From: the human T2T-CHM13v2.0 reference genome, Homo sapiens
Assembly (NCBI RefSeq): GCF_009914755.1
Contig: NC_060928.1
Direction: 5' to 3' (one strand)
DNA: 64,000 nucleotides
Below the pieces are notes generated by a model that did not search any database, had not been told where the DNA came from, and saw only the letters and a program-made list of their open reading frames with translations. Made by a program: the position numbers and the translations under genes. Position 1 is the stretch's first letter, and the number at the start of each line of letters is the position of its first letter. This document shows, one piece after another, positions 1 through 14,039 of the stretch.

Positions 1-1168
1 GGCAGAGTAATTTGAGGTAGGATTGTGAAATAGATGACATTTGATTGCAGTGCTCCACTTCTGTTTTTATATGTATATTTCCTTTCTCTGAGTGTCTCTG
101 AGGCTCCTCAGCCCCTTCTTGTGGTCTCCCCCTTAATATTCACCATCTATGTCCTCACAGTGAATTCAAGGCCAAATAACTAATTTGATAAACTAATCTC
201 TAGTAAATTGCCATGGAAAATAATTTAGGGTTAGTCTCTTAAATAAAAGATATGAATTTTAACTTCAGCCTTGTAGAGACACCTGGAATACAACCATCAT
301 GCCTCATATTATAATTATGCTGTTAATTTATGTGCAAACATCAGTGCAAGGTACTATGTGTTAAGCACTAAGGTGATGCGTAAAGGAATAAGATGCTAGC
401 TCTATCTATCAGGGGTCTCATGAGTTAACAAGGGGGAGAGATCAATATAGAGACAACTTTGATCAAGGCAGTTAATAGCATGGGCGGAATAGGCACAGTG
501 CCAAGAGAGGGCTGAGCTTTCACCGGTGCCAGCTGTTGTGCACGCCTGAGATTCTGACGCTTGATGTTAATGGGCGTTTGTAGCTAAACCTGTTGTCACA
601 TTTCTCTAATGAAACCAAGCCCTAGGCAGGGAAGTGGAGAAGTGAGGGGTGACCCCAGTATAACAGAGGAGCAGGGCAATTAGTGAGCTCCCCATGGGAA
701 AGATAACCTCTAGAAAGAGAAGGCAGGGCTCTGAGGTCCAGCCATTCCCATCCACATGAAGAATCTCTGTTCTTTCATTAGCTTGGAAGGTCCAGGTCCA
801 ATTTTTCCAAAGAGTTAGCTTTTTCTTAAATTCATACATAGCTTTTCAGAGATAGAAGCGGGGCTGATGAAAGGTTACTGTCCCAGCCTACCGGGTCCAA
901 AGACTTTTGAAGGAGTTTTGTCTTTGTGGTTTAACCCAGCAATGATGAATACTGGTAATTCCAGGTCAAGCTGGGGGAAAGATAGTGCCCTGGCAGGGCA
1001 ACAAGGATACAACTGTGGGCAGCCAGTGCCTTAATTACCACTCAAGTTACACTCAGCTTTGGAGGCTTATGCCAGGAAGATAGGTCATGAAACTTATCTA
1101 CAGGTCCCAAGTGCATCCTCAGGTCTCCTGGATCCTTCCCTTCTTGTATTTTCATTCCTGTGACATAG

Positions 1169-1505
<337 letters not shown>

Positions 1506-2070
1506 GGCAATGCATCCTCTCTTAGCAGTCACCAGAATAATCCTTAAACACAATTACACTGTGTTAATTATATAGATAAGGGTAGTTTTCTTCTAATGTT
1601 TTTTGGAGGCTGATCCTAAAGTATTGAAAGCTTCCACCTACCTCATCTCATCTAAGTTAATTTCTTCATCCCTCTATGTTACACACACTCTCCTCTCCAA
1701 CCCAGAAACACAATTTAGGCTTATCTGCTGAAGCATGTTGTTACACTATCTGTGCTATTTACTTCTCTGGATGCTTTATCCAGAGAAGTTACCCCAAAGC
1801 TGGCTTTACACGTGTTATTCTAGGAAACCTCTAATCATTGACTCTAACTTAACCTTTCACATCTGGAGTCAATGCTTCCAGTATTAATATTAATTTGCTT
1901 GTGAACCTGCTTGTTTCGATTTCTTTATTCCAAATGTGTTATTTTGTTGTTTCATGTCACATTCTAACTTCCTAAGGAGCTTTCAAAGCCTTGAGATCGG
2001 AAACCATGTCCTCCAGTTGTGTTTTGTTTGTTTTTGTACTCTCTGCATCCCATCTCCCAACTCTCCAAGA

Positions 2071-2312
2071 CAGTTTATTTTGAGCTATATATTTCTATCA
2101 ATTAGCGGATCATGAAATCAGTTTAGTAAGTCTCCTACTAACATCTCTAAATGAAATAGAATTGAACCTAAGAGAATTGAAAACATGAGAGTGACAGACG
2201 CATGGTAAGGGCAAGTATCTTTCTGAAACTCTGACACAGGAGTGTGCATCAGGCTATGATATAAAATATATTTCATACTATGAGTTGTGGTCAAAACAGC
2301 TTGAGAAACACA
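2071..2312. mobile_element. Old hAT-Charlie-like (MER-type) DNA transposon remnant
   Basis: Degenerate CAGT.TTT / GAGAAACAC termini and the internal catgaaatcagtttagt...aaatgaaatagaa motif. Confidence 0.4.
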
Positions 2313-2522
2313 GGTAAGGATGAAACATCTGCCTGAAGCAAGAGATTTACCTTGTGCAAATTTATTTGGGTCCCCCTAGCATTTGCTCCCAGATTCCTGG
2401 CTTTAGTTTGGCTTTTGGTGTCACCCAGTTGGCTCCAACCATTACCCAGGTGACCTCTCAGGTTGGATCCTGCTTGCCCCTTGGATTGCAGGCTGACCTC
2501 AGCATGCTGCTGTTCACACTGA

Positions 2523-2858
<336 letters not shown>

Positions 2859-3363
2859 TCTGCCCCACATTATACCGGATGCAACCTTGCTCCGAGCAAA
2901 AGCCCAGACATGATGATGAGAATACTGATATACATAAATGCAGATACCTGGCTCTTTTTGGAAAGAGAGTCCAATATTCTCTTTCTATGTTAAAGTATTG
3001 GGTGCCTGGTATCTGATTTTATCATATAATGGGAAAAACAGACTCCAGGAAATTAACATTTCTTGGAGCTTCCTGAGAGTAAAACTCTAATTCATGGAGG
3101 AGTACTTAAACCCATGATTTTAAATGAGCAACTTAGTTGAATTTTGAAAATACAGCAGCAAAAATTCAGCATTCTTGAAGAAATAAGTCCTGTGAGAAAA
3201 ATATTCTAATTACTAGTTACATCTGAGATGATATAATTTTTCTAACTTTCCTAATGCAAATGATTGGCTTTAAAAATGGCCTAGAAGGGACTTTCCTCTA
3301 CAATAATTTTGCTTAAAATATACAAATTAGGTAGTGATTTGGAGGAAATCTGTAGCTTTTCTT

Positions 3364-3377
3364 GTTGCCATGGTAAC
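3364..3377. promoter_or_regulatory. RFX X-box motif GTTGCCATGGTAAC
   Basis: Matches GTTNCC-AT-GGNAAC and lies in the near-palindrome ttgttgccatggtaacaa, in apparently non-repeat DNA. Confidence 0.55.
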
Positions 3378-4486
3378 AATCTACGTTTCCTTATATTTGT
3401 ACAGTCAGAATGGTCCATGCATAGTTTGCCCTGGAGCCGTAGATGACGATGTTGGTGCCATGGAGTGCTCTCACAACATTTGAAAAATGATAATCATATC
3501 CTTATCTTATTTGCTGCCATTTAGCCAATGTAGAGGAAACAACATATAAATGAGGTTTCTTTTGCAGAAGCAGCTATAACCTAATGAAAAGCCTGCCAGT
3601 AGTTCATTTTATTAGACGTTAATATAATGTACTAAGTACACACAAGCTAGAATAGAAGTTCCTTGAAAAAAATTGAGGGATATCCAGTCTCCCCAGCATA
3701 ATTATATGAATGGCTTTACAGTCTTGGCATTGAAGACTTGAGAACTTGAAAAAGACTCAGAGAAGAGCTAGCAAGATATCGATGGAGTGGGAAAGAAGGT
3801 CCTTTGATGAAAAATACTAGCACCATCAAGATTACACTGTTGCCTGATTTCTACAGACACACAATAGTAAGGAGTAGGTGATTTCATGAGAGTATGGGTA
3901 AGTCAGGACTGAATTATTAACACTAAAACTCTGGTGAAGGTTTGAAGCTGGTCTCTGAATGTTTCCTCGTCCAAAAGCCACAGCTTTGCCCTGGGTCGGG
4001 TCTGTATTCCAGGAGAGCAGGCACTGTCTATCATGTGGGACATGACTAGTGTTCAATAAATATTTGTAACACTTGGCTTCATCTTATATTCCTATATTTA
4101 TTTTTCTTACATTTGCATTTTCTCATTTATATTGTATTTTCTTCTATAGATTTCCTTTATGGAACAGGGAGGGTTATAAATTAAATGTTGTTGAAGAGAA
4201 AAGGAAGAAAATAAAATGGGAGGGCCATAAAGAACTTACAAACAAAGGTGCAATGTATGGGGTTTGAAGGATGGAAAAATCACCTATCGATGGATGAGCC
4301 AGGAGAGGTTTCATGGAAGAGGTGATTTTTGACATGATTATAATCAGTAGGTAGTAGTGTGACTGGCAGAGAGGATTCTGAAAGGTGAAGACAGCCAGGC
4401 CTTCCAATTCATCAAAACAAATTTGTACTCAAATATTTATTGATTCTGAAAAAGAAACTGAAAAGTACAAAATATAACAATATAAC

Positions 4487-4564
4487 CTGTAGTATTGGCA
4501 TAAGGAAAAGTGAACCAGAAAGGCTATCTTTTCTCTGGGCCAAGAGGAAAATAATGGGAGATTC
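4487..4564 (-). CDS. CNB-protein exon F (78 nt), start of the second CNB domain: (R)NLPLFSSWPREKIAFLVHFSLCQYY(R)
   Basis: Acceptor ttgttttcctctctcaacag|GAA; donor AG|gttata. FLR-+PLF..W..EK+ is the motif that opens a second CNB domain. Confidence 0.87.
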
Positions 4565-4617
4565 CTGTTGAGAGAGGAAAACAAATTTATCAGAATTTAG
4601 AATCATTCTCCAGACTC

Positions 4618-5431
4618 TTTTTTTAATTTTAAAACATTTTTTGAATGTTTGTCAGTACAGAGTAGGTGTATATATTTAACATGAGATATTTTGACACAGG
4701 CATGCAATGCATAATAATCACATCAGGGTAATGGGGTGTCCATTATCTCAAGCATTTGTCCTTTGTGTTACAAACAATCCAATAATGCTCCTTTAATTAT
4801 TTTTAAATGTCCAATTAAATTATTTTTGACTATACTCACCCTCTTGTGCTAGCAAATACTAGATCTTATTCATTCTTTGTAACTACTTTTTGGCCGCATT
4901 AAATGTCCCCACTTAACCTCCATGTTTCCAAGCTTCTGGTAACCACGCTTCTATTCTCTGTCTTCATACGTTCAGTTGTTTGCATTTTTAGACCCCACAA
5001 ATAAGTAAGAACAAGTGTAGTTTGTACTTATGTGTCTGACTTATTTCACTTAACATAATGACCTCCAGCTCCATCCATGTTGTTGCAAATGACTGGATCT
5101 CATTTTTTTATGGCTGAATAGTACTCCATTGTGTATATGTACCACATTTTCTTTATCTATTCATCCGTTGGTGGAAATTTAGGTTGCTTCCACATCTTAG
5201 CTATTGTGAATAGTGCTGCAGTAAACATGGGAGTGCAGCTATCTCTTCAATATACAGATTTCCTTTCTTTGGGGTCCTAGCAGTGGGATTGCTGGATTAT
5301 ATTGTAGCTCTATTTTTAGTTTTCTGAGGAAGCTCCAAACTGTTCTCCATAGTGGTTGTACTAATTTACTTTTCCAGTAGCAGTGTACAAGGATTCCCAT
5401 TTCTCCACATCCTTGCCAGCATTTATTATTG
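4618..5431 (-). mobile_element. L1MA-type LINE-1 3' fragment
   Basis: Reverse-complemented L1 ORF2 end and 3' UTR (tccatccatgttgttgcaaatgac, tggctgaatagtactccattgtgtatatgtaccaca). Confidence 0.88.
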
Positions 5432-6361
5432 TCCAGCCTATCATTTTAGTTCTTTAAAAGTGGCTGTAATTTCTCTTGTTCATTTCATGATCAAAGTCAA
5501 AATGCATTACTTCCTAATCTATCAATCCGTACTCTTGGTCCAACAGAACCCACTAATCATTCCCTTCCATCTCACATGCACCTCCACCTGCCCGCTCTAG
5601 CCTCACCTGAGAGTAATGAACATGGCCAGGGCATCCTCCAAGACCGCGGGAGACTAAGGCTGCATTATGGGACGGTCTCCTGGGCTTCCTAGCACAATCT
5701 GGCCCTCCAAGATTATCCTTCTCCTTAGGGATATCTAGCACATGATCACCCCCACTATGACCCTGCTGGACTTAAGAGGGTGAAGCTTCAAGGACACCCA
5801 AATCCTTTCACATCTGAACCAAATGGACCGAAGCTTTGAAAGAAGCTGGAGTTTCCTCATGGCCTGTCTAGCCTCCTTGGTGAATTCTGGTGTCCAGAGG
5901 ACCTTTCATTTGCTCTAATGGCTGCCATCCAGTAACAACATCTTTCTCAATAGAGAGGTACCACTCAGTTTTTACCCATAAGGGTACAGCCTAACCCAGC
6001 CCATCAAGACAGGGACACCACACAAGCCTAAATATTCTGTTTGCCCTGAGAGGGCTGGAGGCGGTTATCACCCCTCCCATCTCTGTGGCTGAATTCTTGA
6101 CTGATGCTGTATTTCCCAGGATCTTCTCTGGTCTCCCACAAGCACTAGAGCCCTGCCTAAAATAGTTTCAGTTCACTGGAGCCCTAATTCCCACATCCAG
6201 AATATGATAGCCCTGTTTCTCCAGGCTATATCTTGCTTCCAGGACGCCTTCCAGATATACCATCTACACACCCTTCTGAATCCAAAAAGTCCTTGCTTCC
6301 CAGTCTTGCCCTACCCTCTGAGAGAGAGTTTGAATCCTGATGCCAGATTGGGTTGGACTAA

Positions 6362-6862
<501 letters not shown>

Positions 6863-7809
6863 GATTAAAGTTTGCTATACTTTCTTAGACCTGGTGATTT
6901 GGGTTTCTAGCCCTAGAAGGGCTCAACCCTTTTGTCCCAACTAATTTCCCGTTGCTTCAACCTCAACCACTTCAATCCTGCCCTTCTTTCTTCCATTTCC
7001 CAGCATGTCTTATAGCCAACATCACCCTCACCATGATACTCCTTATACACAGAAAGACTTCCCTAAGATTCTGTTACTAACCTTGCAGGGAACTAGCCTC
7101 ACCTTCCCGCCCCTTGGATCCGTCCCCTTGGACAGTATGGCTGGCCCATATCAGAATGGAGTTTTCCACACTCCATGGACATGGTGATTTTAATCTCTGG
7201 GCCTTCCTGAGAGGGCACCAGCTTTTTATATTCATTAGTTTCTTTTGGCCCTTGCTGGTAACTTCCTTTTTGCTGGATGGCCTATGATCAGCCTATTTAT
7301 GGTAATTCTAACACTTCAAAACAATATAGAAATACAGTCTCTACCATAGTGTTATGCATATACCTATATCCTCTAATAATTTTTCCTAGGGGTGTAATGT
7401 TTACAAGATTTGTCTCTTCCATTTAACTACAGACCTAGTAATTATTAAAACCACTTATTTAGCACCTTTATTTATGCAAGCCATTTTATAAACATATATA
7501 ATACAGTAAATATTTTAAATTTTCGTTGTATTTCTTTTCTCCTTGAGAATAGAGTCCAACCCCTCAACTTGTTTCTTATCCTTCCTTATTTCCCACAGAA
7601 CTAAAATGCAAAGACACAAAGTAGGCAGTCAGTAACTGATTACAACATTAGTTAATAAAATAAATGAGACATGTAAGGTATACAACTGAGTGATAGTGAG
7701 AACACATAATTAACCTCAAAGACTAGAATGCTTGGAAATCATTTATTAGATGAATGTAATATATCAGGCATGAAATGTCAAAAAGAGAAGAAAGGTCTGC
7801 ATTTTTGGA

Positions 7810-8581
7810 CCCCTAGGTCATCCTAGACATTAAAGAGGGCCACACCCCCCTGGCAATGAAATGGGACAAAATAAAAATTTGGCCATCAATACTGCCTCTG
7901 GGAAATCTCAGGCAAAAGGAAGAAAATGAGAAATAGAAATGAAATCCTAAGCCCACCAAGCAACAGAACAGACCTCTTCTTTGCCAAGGGACCCCAGAGA
8001 AACTCAAAAACTGAGTTCCCAGCCATGACGGGATGGGAGGTTGGAGAAACCTCATTATAACCCCTCCCTCACCTTTTCCTAAGGGTTAAACAGAAACCAG
8101 CCCTTTGGAAAGACTCACTCCACCCCTAGTATCAACCACCTGATGCGACCTCTCCCTTCTGTGGTTTCTACAAAATAACCGGCCAGCATTCCTTCCTGAT
8201 AAGAGACCATGGAGGATGCGCAGTAAGGGTTTTCATGTCCTCTGCTTCAACTTTTGACCTCAGAGGGCTGAAAACTCCTCCCTGGGATCATGCTAACTCC
8301 ACTATTTTTTGAACATGGTACCCATGAAGGGGCATGAAGTTTACTGGGGCATGTGCATATTTCTCCTTTCATAAATATTCATGACTCCTGCTATAGTTTA
8401 TTGAATATGTATGTTTCGCCACCCCTTTCAGCATAAATTCCTGTTCCCTTTGCTCCTCCCTCAAAGAGCCTGTTTCTAGCTTGTCAGAATGGCCACCCTG
8501 TAAGATGCAACCTTATATGAGAAATAAAGCTCCGCTTTCCAAACGAAATAGAGCTACATATTAATCTTAATCTACTTGACA
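7810..8581 (+). mobile_element. ERV1 MER4-group LTR (from TG at 7927) preceded by a short internal 3' remnant and polypurine tract
   Basis: tgagaaatagaaatgaaatcctaagccc...gccaagggaccccagagaaac...ctgagttcccagccatgacgggatgggagg; AATAAA at about 8523; ends ttgaca. Confidence 0.75.
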
Positions 8582-8929
8582 AGTGGAAAATAAAATAGAA
8601 CAAATAAAAACACAACTCAACTCAACTCTTCTGCCTGAAAATACTGAATGTTCAGGTTGACAGAAATCTAAAAAATGGTGTTTTCCATGTTTATGCTGGT
8701 GTAGATCCTATGGAGATGAGATTAGCTGATTTAGGGCTTGTAAAGCTAAGAAATACAGGGAGAAGTTCATTCTGTTTCTGGGAATTCTGATCCTAGATAC
8801 TCTTCTTAGAAATCATGATAGCTTTCTCTGAAAATGCTTTACTTTGAATCAGTTGCATTCAGGAAAATAGATAATTCTAGCAGAAAAAGGGTAGGATGGC
8901 TGTGAATTCATAAGGGAATGGTCACTGAC

Positions 8930-9250
8930 TAAGCATCTGGTACCTCCCAAGCTCCATGCTCAGTGCTTTGTGCATACTCTCTCTGCTGAGGTCCAATGGC
9001 ACCTGGCATATCAGAAAACTGAAGCTCTGGGAAGTGATATACTTTGTCCCAGGTCACTGAGTCACAGAGCCAGGACTCTGACCTAGGTCAGTCTGACTCC
9101 AGAGACAAAGTTATTTTCCCAACATCCAGTTACCAACCCAACTCAATCAAAGGCTATTGAGCACTTGTGCCAGACACTGTTCTAGAACTGGGATGGCAGT
9201 GATCACAGACAAAATCCCTGCCTTTGAGGAGTCTACATTCTAGGGGTTCC
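8930..9250. mobile_element. MIR fragment followed by an L2 fragment
   Basis: gaaaactgaagctctgggaagtg...cccaggtcac...gtctgactccagag (MIR); tattgagcacttgtgccagacactgttctag (L2 end). Confidence 0.6.
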
Positions 9251-10729
9251 CAGATTATCATTTGGGATATTTAACATATTTAAGATCATTTAAGATAACT
9301 TTGAGATATCTGGAGAGACACACCAAGAAAGGAATGATGAAGCTATCAGAATCCTAAATCAACAAGAAACCACATCCAGAGATGTTTTTTTACACTTATT
9401 TTTCTAAGGTTCACTAAAACCAAGGCAATTTTTTTCTTTATTTCAAAATGAATGAAAGGCAGAGAAGGCATGCATGCAAGGAATGACATTAGAAATGGCC
9501 CGATTAATGTCTCATAAATGTTAACTTTGTGATTCATCTGCTACATTGCATTAAATACCCATAGATACCAGGGTCCACTTTGATATTTGTTTCTTGTGTC
9601 ATATGTAATAAAAGAAGTCATGTTCTCTATTCCACACAGACACTCCATGTAGCTGCAATTGCAGTTCTTATTCTGGTCGTCTCTTGACCTTAAAACTTCT
9701 AAAGGCTTTGGAGAAGAGTTTAGAGTGGCCCAAACTATAAAGAAAATTGAATTTAGCAAGCAATTCCCAAGAGTCTCCAAAGTTCATTTATGTAATTGCC
9801 AATGCAGAATCATTTTTAAATCTTGAACAGAAACCTCCTTTTGCTTTCACATTTTTTTCCTAAGTATAGAATAAAAATCAATTAGGAATAATTGTCTTCA
9901 GATTTGGTATGATACTGATCTAAAGATTCAAATAAGCATCAACCCTGAAACAGCTTTGGGAAAACCTACTTTAACCCTGTAGTAAGGAGATCTTGCATTG
10001 GAATGAGAAAATTAGCAATTTTGAGTGCCCCCTTATATTGTCAACATTTTGACCAAGGCGAGTGTTATTGAAAACACTACCAAACTGGAGGTGCCTTTAT
10101 TTATATGTAGTTATGTTTGTTGCTTTTAAAAATCTAGACACATTCTTGCCATGCAAAGGAATAATTCAGACATTTAAATGCTGAGACTCTTGCCCTCAGT
10201 ACTAAAGTATAAATAAAGAGAACTTCTCTGCTCTGCTCTCCCCACCTACCTCTGCTAGTCAGATTCTTCCAACACCCCATCCTCTCTTCAGAAATACGTA
10301 TGAGTGCACACAGAGCAGAGACCAGATTTATGACTATAAATGGAATTTGCTGACCTGGATTTGGGTTTTGTGAGGATAAAAGAGAGAGATTACATTAGGC
10401 ACAAGGAAGAGAAGGCAGTGAAAAAGGGAGAGAGAAGCGAAGAACTTTCATATATTAAAAAGGAGCAGAAGAGAGTGATGGAAACTGGACCAATGGGAGG
10501 GAGAGAAGAAACTAACACTGAAAGGAAATATTATTGAGGAAACTGTGACCAGAAAATTGTTATGGATTATTGTCAACCTTCCTTTTTTCCCAAAGCATTT
10601 GGTGTTACTTCCTTATACAAGTAGTCCAAGAACTCACATTCTGGCATTTAAAATTTTCTTTAAAAAAAAAAATTCATATACCTAATTACTTCTTTCCATT
10701 CATTTGTTAAAATAATAAACATAAAATTG

Positions 10730-11180
10730 ATCTTTATGTTTGAAATAGTTTCTCACAAGAAATTGGAAAAATAGTACAGAGAATTATCATGTACCCTTCA
10801 CTTCCCCCAGTATTATTACATATCCCCAGAGCACATTGTCAAAACCAGGAAATTGATGTTGTTCATTATTATTACCTCAGATACAGTCCTTATTCATATT
10901 CCAGTGTTACTTACACTTTTTCTTCTTTTTTTTTTTTCTTGGTCTATAGTTTTCTGAAGTTTTATCACACATGCAGATTCGAATAACCAACACCACAGTC
11001 AGGGTACAGAACTCTTCTGACACTACAAAGAAACCCCCAGTATTCTTCCTTGAGAATCACACCGTTCTCCCAGTGCTGGTCCCAGGCAACCTCTGATCTG
11101 TTTTCCATACTATTATTTTGTCACTTGGGGTTAGTTATATAATCAATCATGTGGTATACAACCCTTTGAGACCGGCTGCT
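10730..11180 (-). mobile_element. Old L1M (MC/ME-like) 3' fragment
   Basis: aaaaatagtacagagaat...tgtcaaaaccaggaaattga...ccaggcaacctctgatctgttttcc. Confidence 0.55.
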
Positions 11181-11188
11181 GCTGCTTC

Positions 11189-11308
11189 TTTTTTTTTTTG
11201 AGAGAGAGACAGGGTCTTGCTACATTGCCCCAGCTGGACTTAAACTCCTGGGCTTAAGCAATCCTCATGAGTAGCTGGGACTACAGGCATGTGCCACTGC
11301 ACCCGGCT
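11189..11308 (-). mobile_element. FLAM/Alu fragment
   Basis: Poly-T, gagacagggtcttgc...gtagctgggactacaggcatgtgccactgcacccggc. Confidence 0.8.
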
Positions 11309-12503
11309 GTGACTGTCTTTTTAAGCTTGCCTTTAAGATCCAGCCTTCACATTGATTTTTAAAGTTCCAATTAAGCAAAATTTAAAATAAGACCAACACC
11401 TTATTATCTAAACATTTGTTTTCCATGTGCTCTATTCAAGAAAATAAAGTGATCAGAATAGTTTTTTTGAAATTAAAAATAAAGAGAGAATGGTGACATG
11501 CAATTTGGAATGAATTGCACAGTTAATAATTTAACTTTTTTGGAGGTGATTAAGAAGAAACAGCTTTGGCAAGTTGAAGCATCATATTCTGACTTCCCTA
11601 CAAACTATGATATTAGGATCCTTGGGACCATAAGCATTTTAGTCCATGGCTCAAAATGGCTATTGCTATTTTAGGAGAGCAGACTAAAGTTTTCGAGATA
11701 AAATTTGCATTAAGAATCAGTTTCACAGAACCCAGAGCTTGATCAAATGCTGATTACCACAATATTTCTCTATCTGTAACTGGCACTATCTATGAAAAGC
11801 AGCAGATTTTCATAACCATTTCCATCACTAATAAAGTGGCGCATTTGCAAAGTTTCTATTAAGATACGTTTATTCTCTCAGAATTTTATAGCCTTGGATT
11901 TTAAGAATTTAATGTAAAACCCACATGAAGCTAAATGTTAACAAAACAGTCAATTCTTCCTAACAGAAGAAGCATTTGTGGCTGTATAAGTTTGAAGAAT
12001 AAAAAGTAATTCAGATAAATGGACTTTCTAAAGGACTCGTTTTGGCATAAAAACAGTTTCAGAAAGATGGTATATAAAGTTATGTCCAGAAACTGTAGAG
12101 TTGGTATTTAAATAAATATTAATAGGAAAGTTCTGCTAAGCCACTGCAGGAACATGTATCCTAATGGGTGTGCCCAGCTGGCAGCTTTCCAGTTGTACAG
12201 CCTCATATGACTCACTGCGTTGGGGCCTTTGGCCTGGACTACCTGCTCCAAATGCACACAAATACAGAGCTTCTTACTCGGTCTCCCCTGGAACACCTCA
12301 CCTCACCTTTCAGACTTCCTATTACAGCTGTGGCAATGCTGCCTTAGGTGGACTCCTGCCTGGAAAGAAACAGGTTTTATGGTGGTGCAATGCCCCAGGT
12401 GGCATGCTTGCTGATCTTCAAGCTGTACTAGCAGAGACCAGCAGTCTCTATCTGGACAGACAGACCACTTCCCAGCTCCACTTTAAAAATCACAGCCTTT
12501 CTG

Positions 12504-13548
12504 CTTTTGTTCAAAAGTCAAAAAATGACAGATGTTGGCAGGGCTGTGGAGAAAAGGGAACACTTATACTCAATGTGAATATATTGGTGGAATGTAAATT
12601 AGTTTAGCCACTGTGGAAAGCAGTTTAGAGATTTCTCAAAGAAGAGTTGAATGACCATTCAACCCAGCAATCCCATTACCAAGTATATACCCAAAGGAAA
12701 ATAAATCATTCTACCAAAAAGACCCGCACCTGTATATTCATTGCAGCGCTATTCACAATAGCAAGGCCAGGCACAGTGGCTCACACCTGTAATTCCAGTG
12801 TTTTTAGAGGTCAAGGCAGAAGGATCCCTTGAGGCCACGAGTTCAAGAACAGTCTGGGAAACATAGTGAAACCCTTTCTTTACAAAAAATAACTTAAATA
12901 AAATTAACTGGGCATGGTGGCATGTGCATGTAGTCCCAGCTACTTAAGAAGCCGAGGCAGGAGTATTGCTTGCGCCCAGGAGCTTGAGGTGCAGCAAGCT
13001 ATGATCACACCACAGAACTCCAGCCTGGGTAACAGAGCAAGACCCGGTCAGTCACTCTTTTTAGATCATACTCTTTTTGAAAAACAAAAAAACAACAAAT
13101 ATAGAGACAATAGCAAAGACATGGAATCAACCTTAATGCCCATCATTGGTGGATTTACTAAAGGAAATGTGGCACATATACACCATGGAAAATTATGCAG
13201 CCATAAAAAAGAATGAAATTTTATAATTTGCAGCAACATAGATGCAACTGGAGGCCATTATCCTAAATGAACTAACACAGAAATGGAAAACCAAATACCA
13301 TGTGTTCTCACATATAAGTGGGAGCTAAACATTGGGTATATATGAACATAAAGATAGGAACAATAGATACTGGGGACAACAAGAGTGGGGAGGGAGGAAG
13401 GGGGGCAATGGTTGAAAAACTACCTATTGGATACTCTGCTCACCACCTAGGTAACACATTCAACCATACTCCAAACCTCAGCATCATGCCATACACCTTT
13501 GCAACAAACCTACACATATACCCTCTGAATCTAAAATAAAAGCTGGAA
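12504..13548 (+). mobile_element. L1PB-like 5'-truncated LINE-1 with a nested AluJ
   Basis: ORF2 end (KSKNDRCWQGCGEKGT) and 3' UTR; 19-bp TSD aaaaatcacagcctttctg at 12485-12503 and 13549-13567; TTT/AAAA endonuclease site. Confidence 0.92.
12765..13106 (+). mobile_element. AluJ-type SINE nested in L1
   Basis: ggccaggcacagtggctcac...; TSD acaatagcaa at 12755-12764 and 13107-13116. Confidence 0.92.
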
Positions 13549-14039
13549 AAAAATCACAGCCTTTCTGAACATGTGCAGGTGGCAAAGAGATACTATGCAC
13601 AGTGCAGCTGAACAGCTCTTTTCTGAAGCATCAGGCCCGGTGATTTGGAGGCAGGGTAACATTTGGGGGTTGGGGAATGGCTAACCCAGCAGCAGGAAGG
13701 GGGATTTTGTTAGGTCAAGGGGAGTGGTGGACATACCCAGTTGTCAGGGATAGCCATTCAAGAAGGTGGGCAGGCAACTAGCCCCAAAGAGGTACAAAAA
13801 AACACATCAGGTGGTTATCCCAGCAGTGCATGGGCCGACAGGGAACTGAAAGTAACAAGATGGTAGAGATCCAGCCAGTGGTCAGCATCAGGAAGATTTG
13901 GAAGCAGATTACCAAGGTAGGCGTAAAGTTGAGGGGAACGCAGCAGCATCCCTGTTACTGGCACTGGGGTACAATTTTGAGTTAGAGCACAGGAATAAGG
14001 TAAGGAAGGGAAAGGAAAAGGTACTGAAATTGATAGGCA

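Noticed and set aside
9541-9780. Minus-strand ORF with an acceptor at 9734, considered as the exon after E
   Set aside because: No CNB motif and a stop about 22 codons after joining; exon F at 4487-4564 fits far better.
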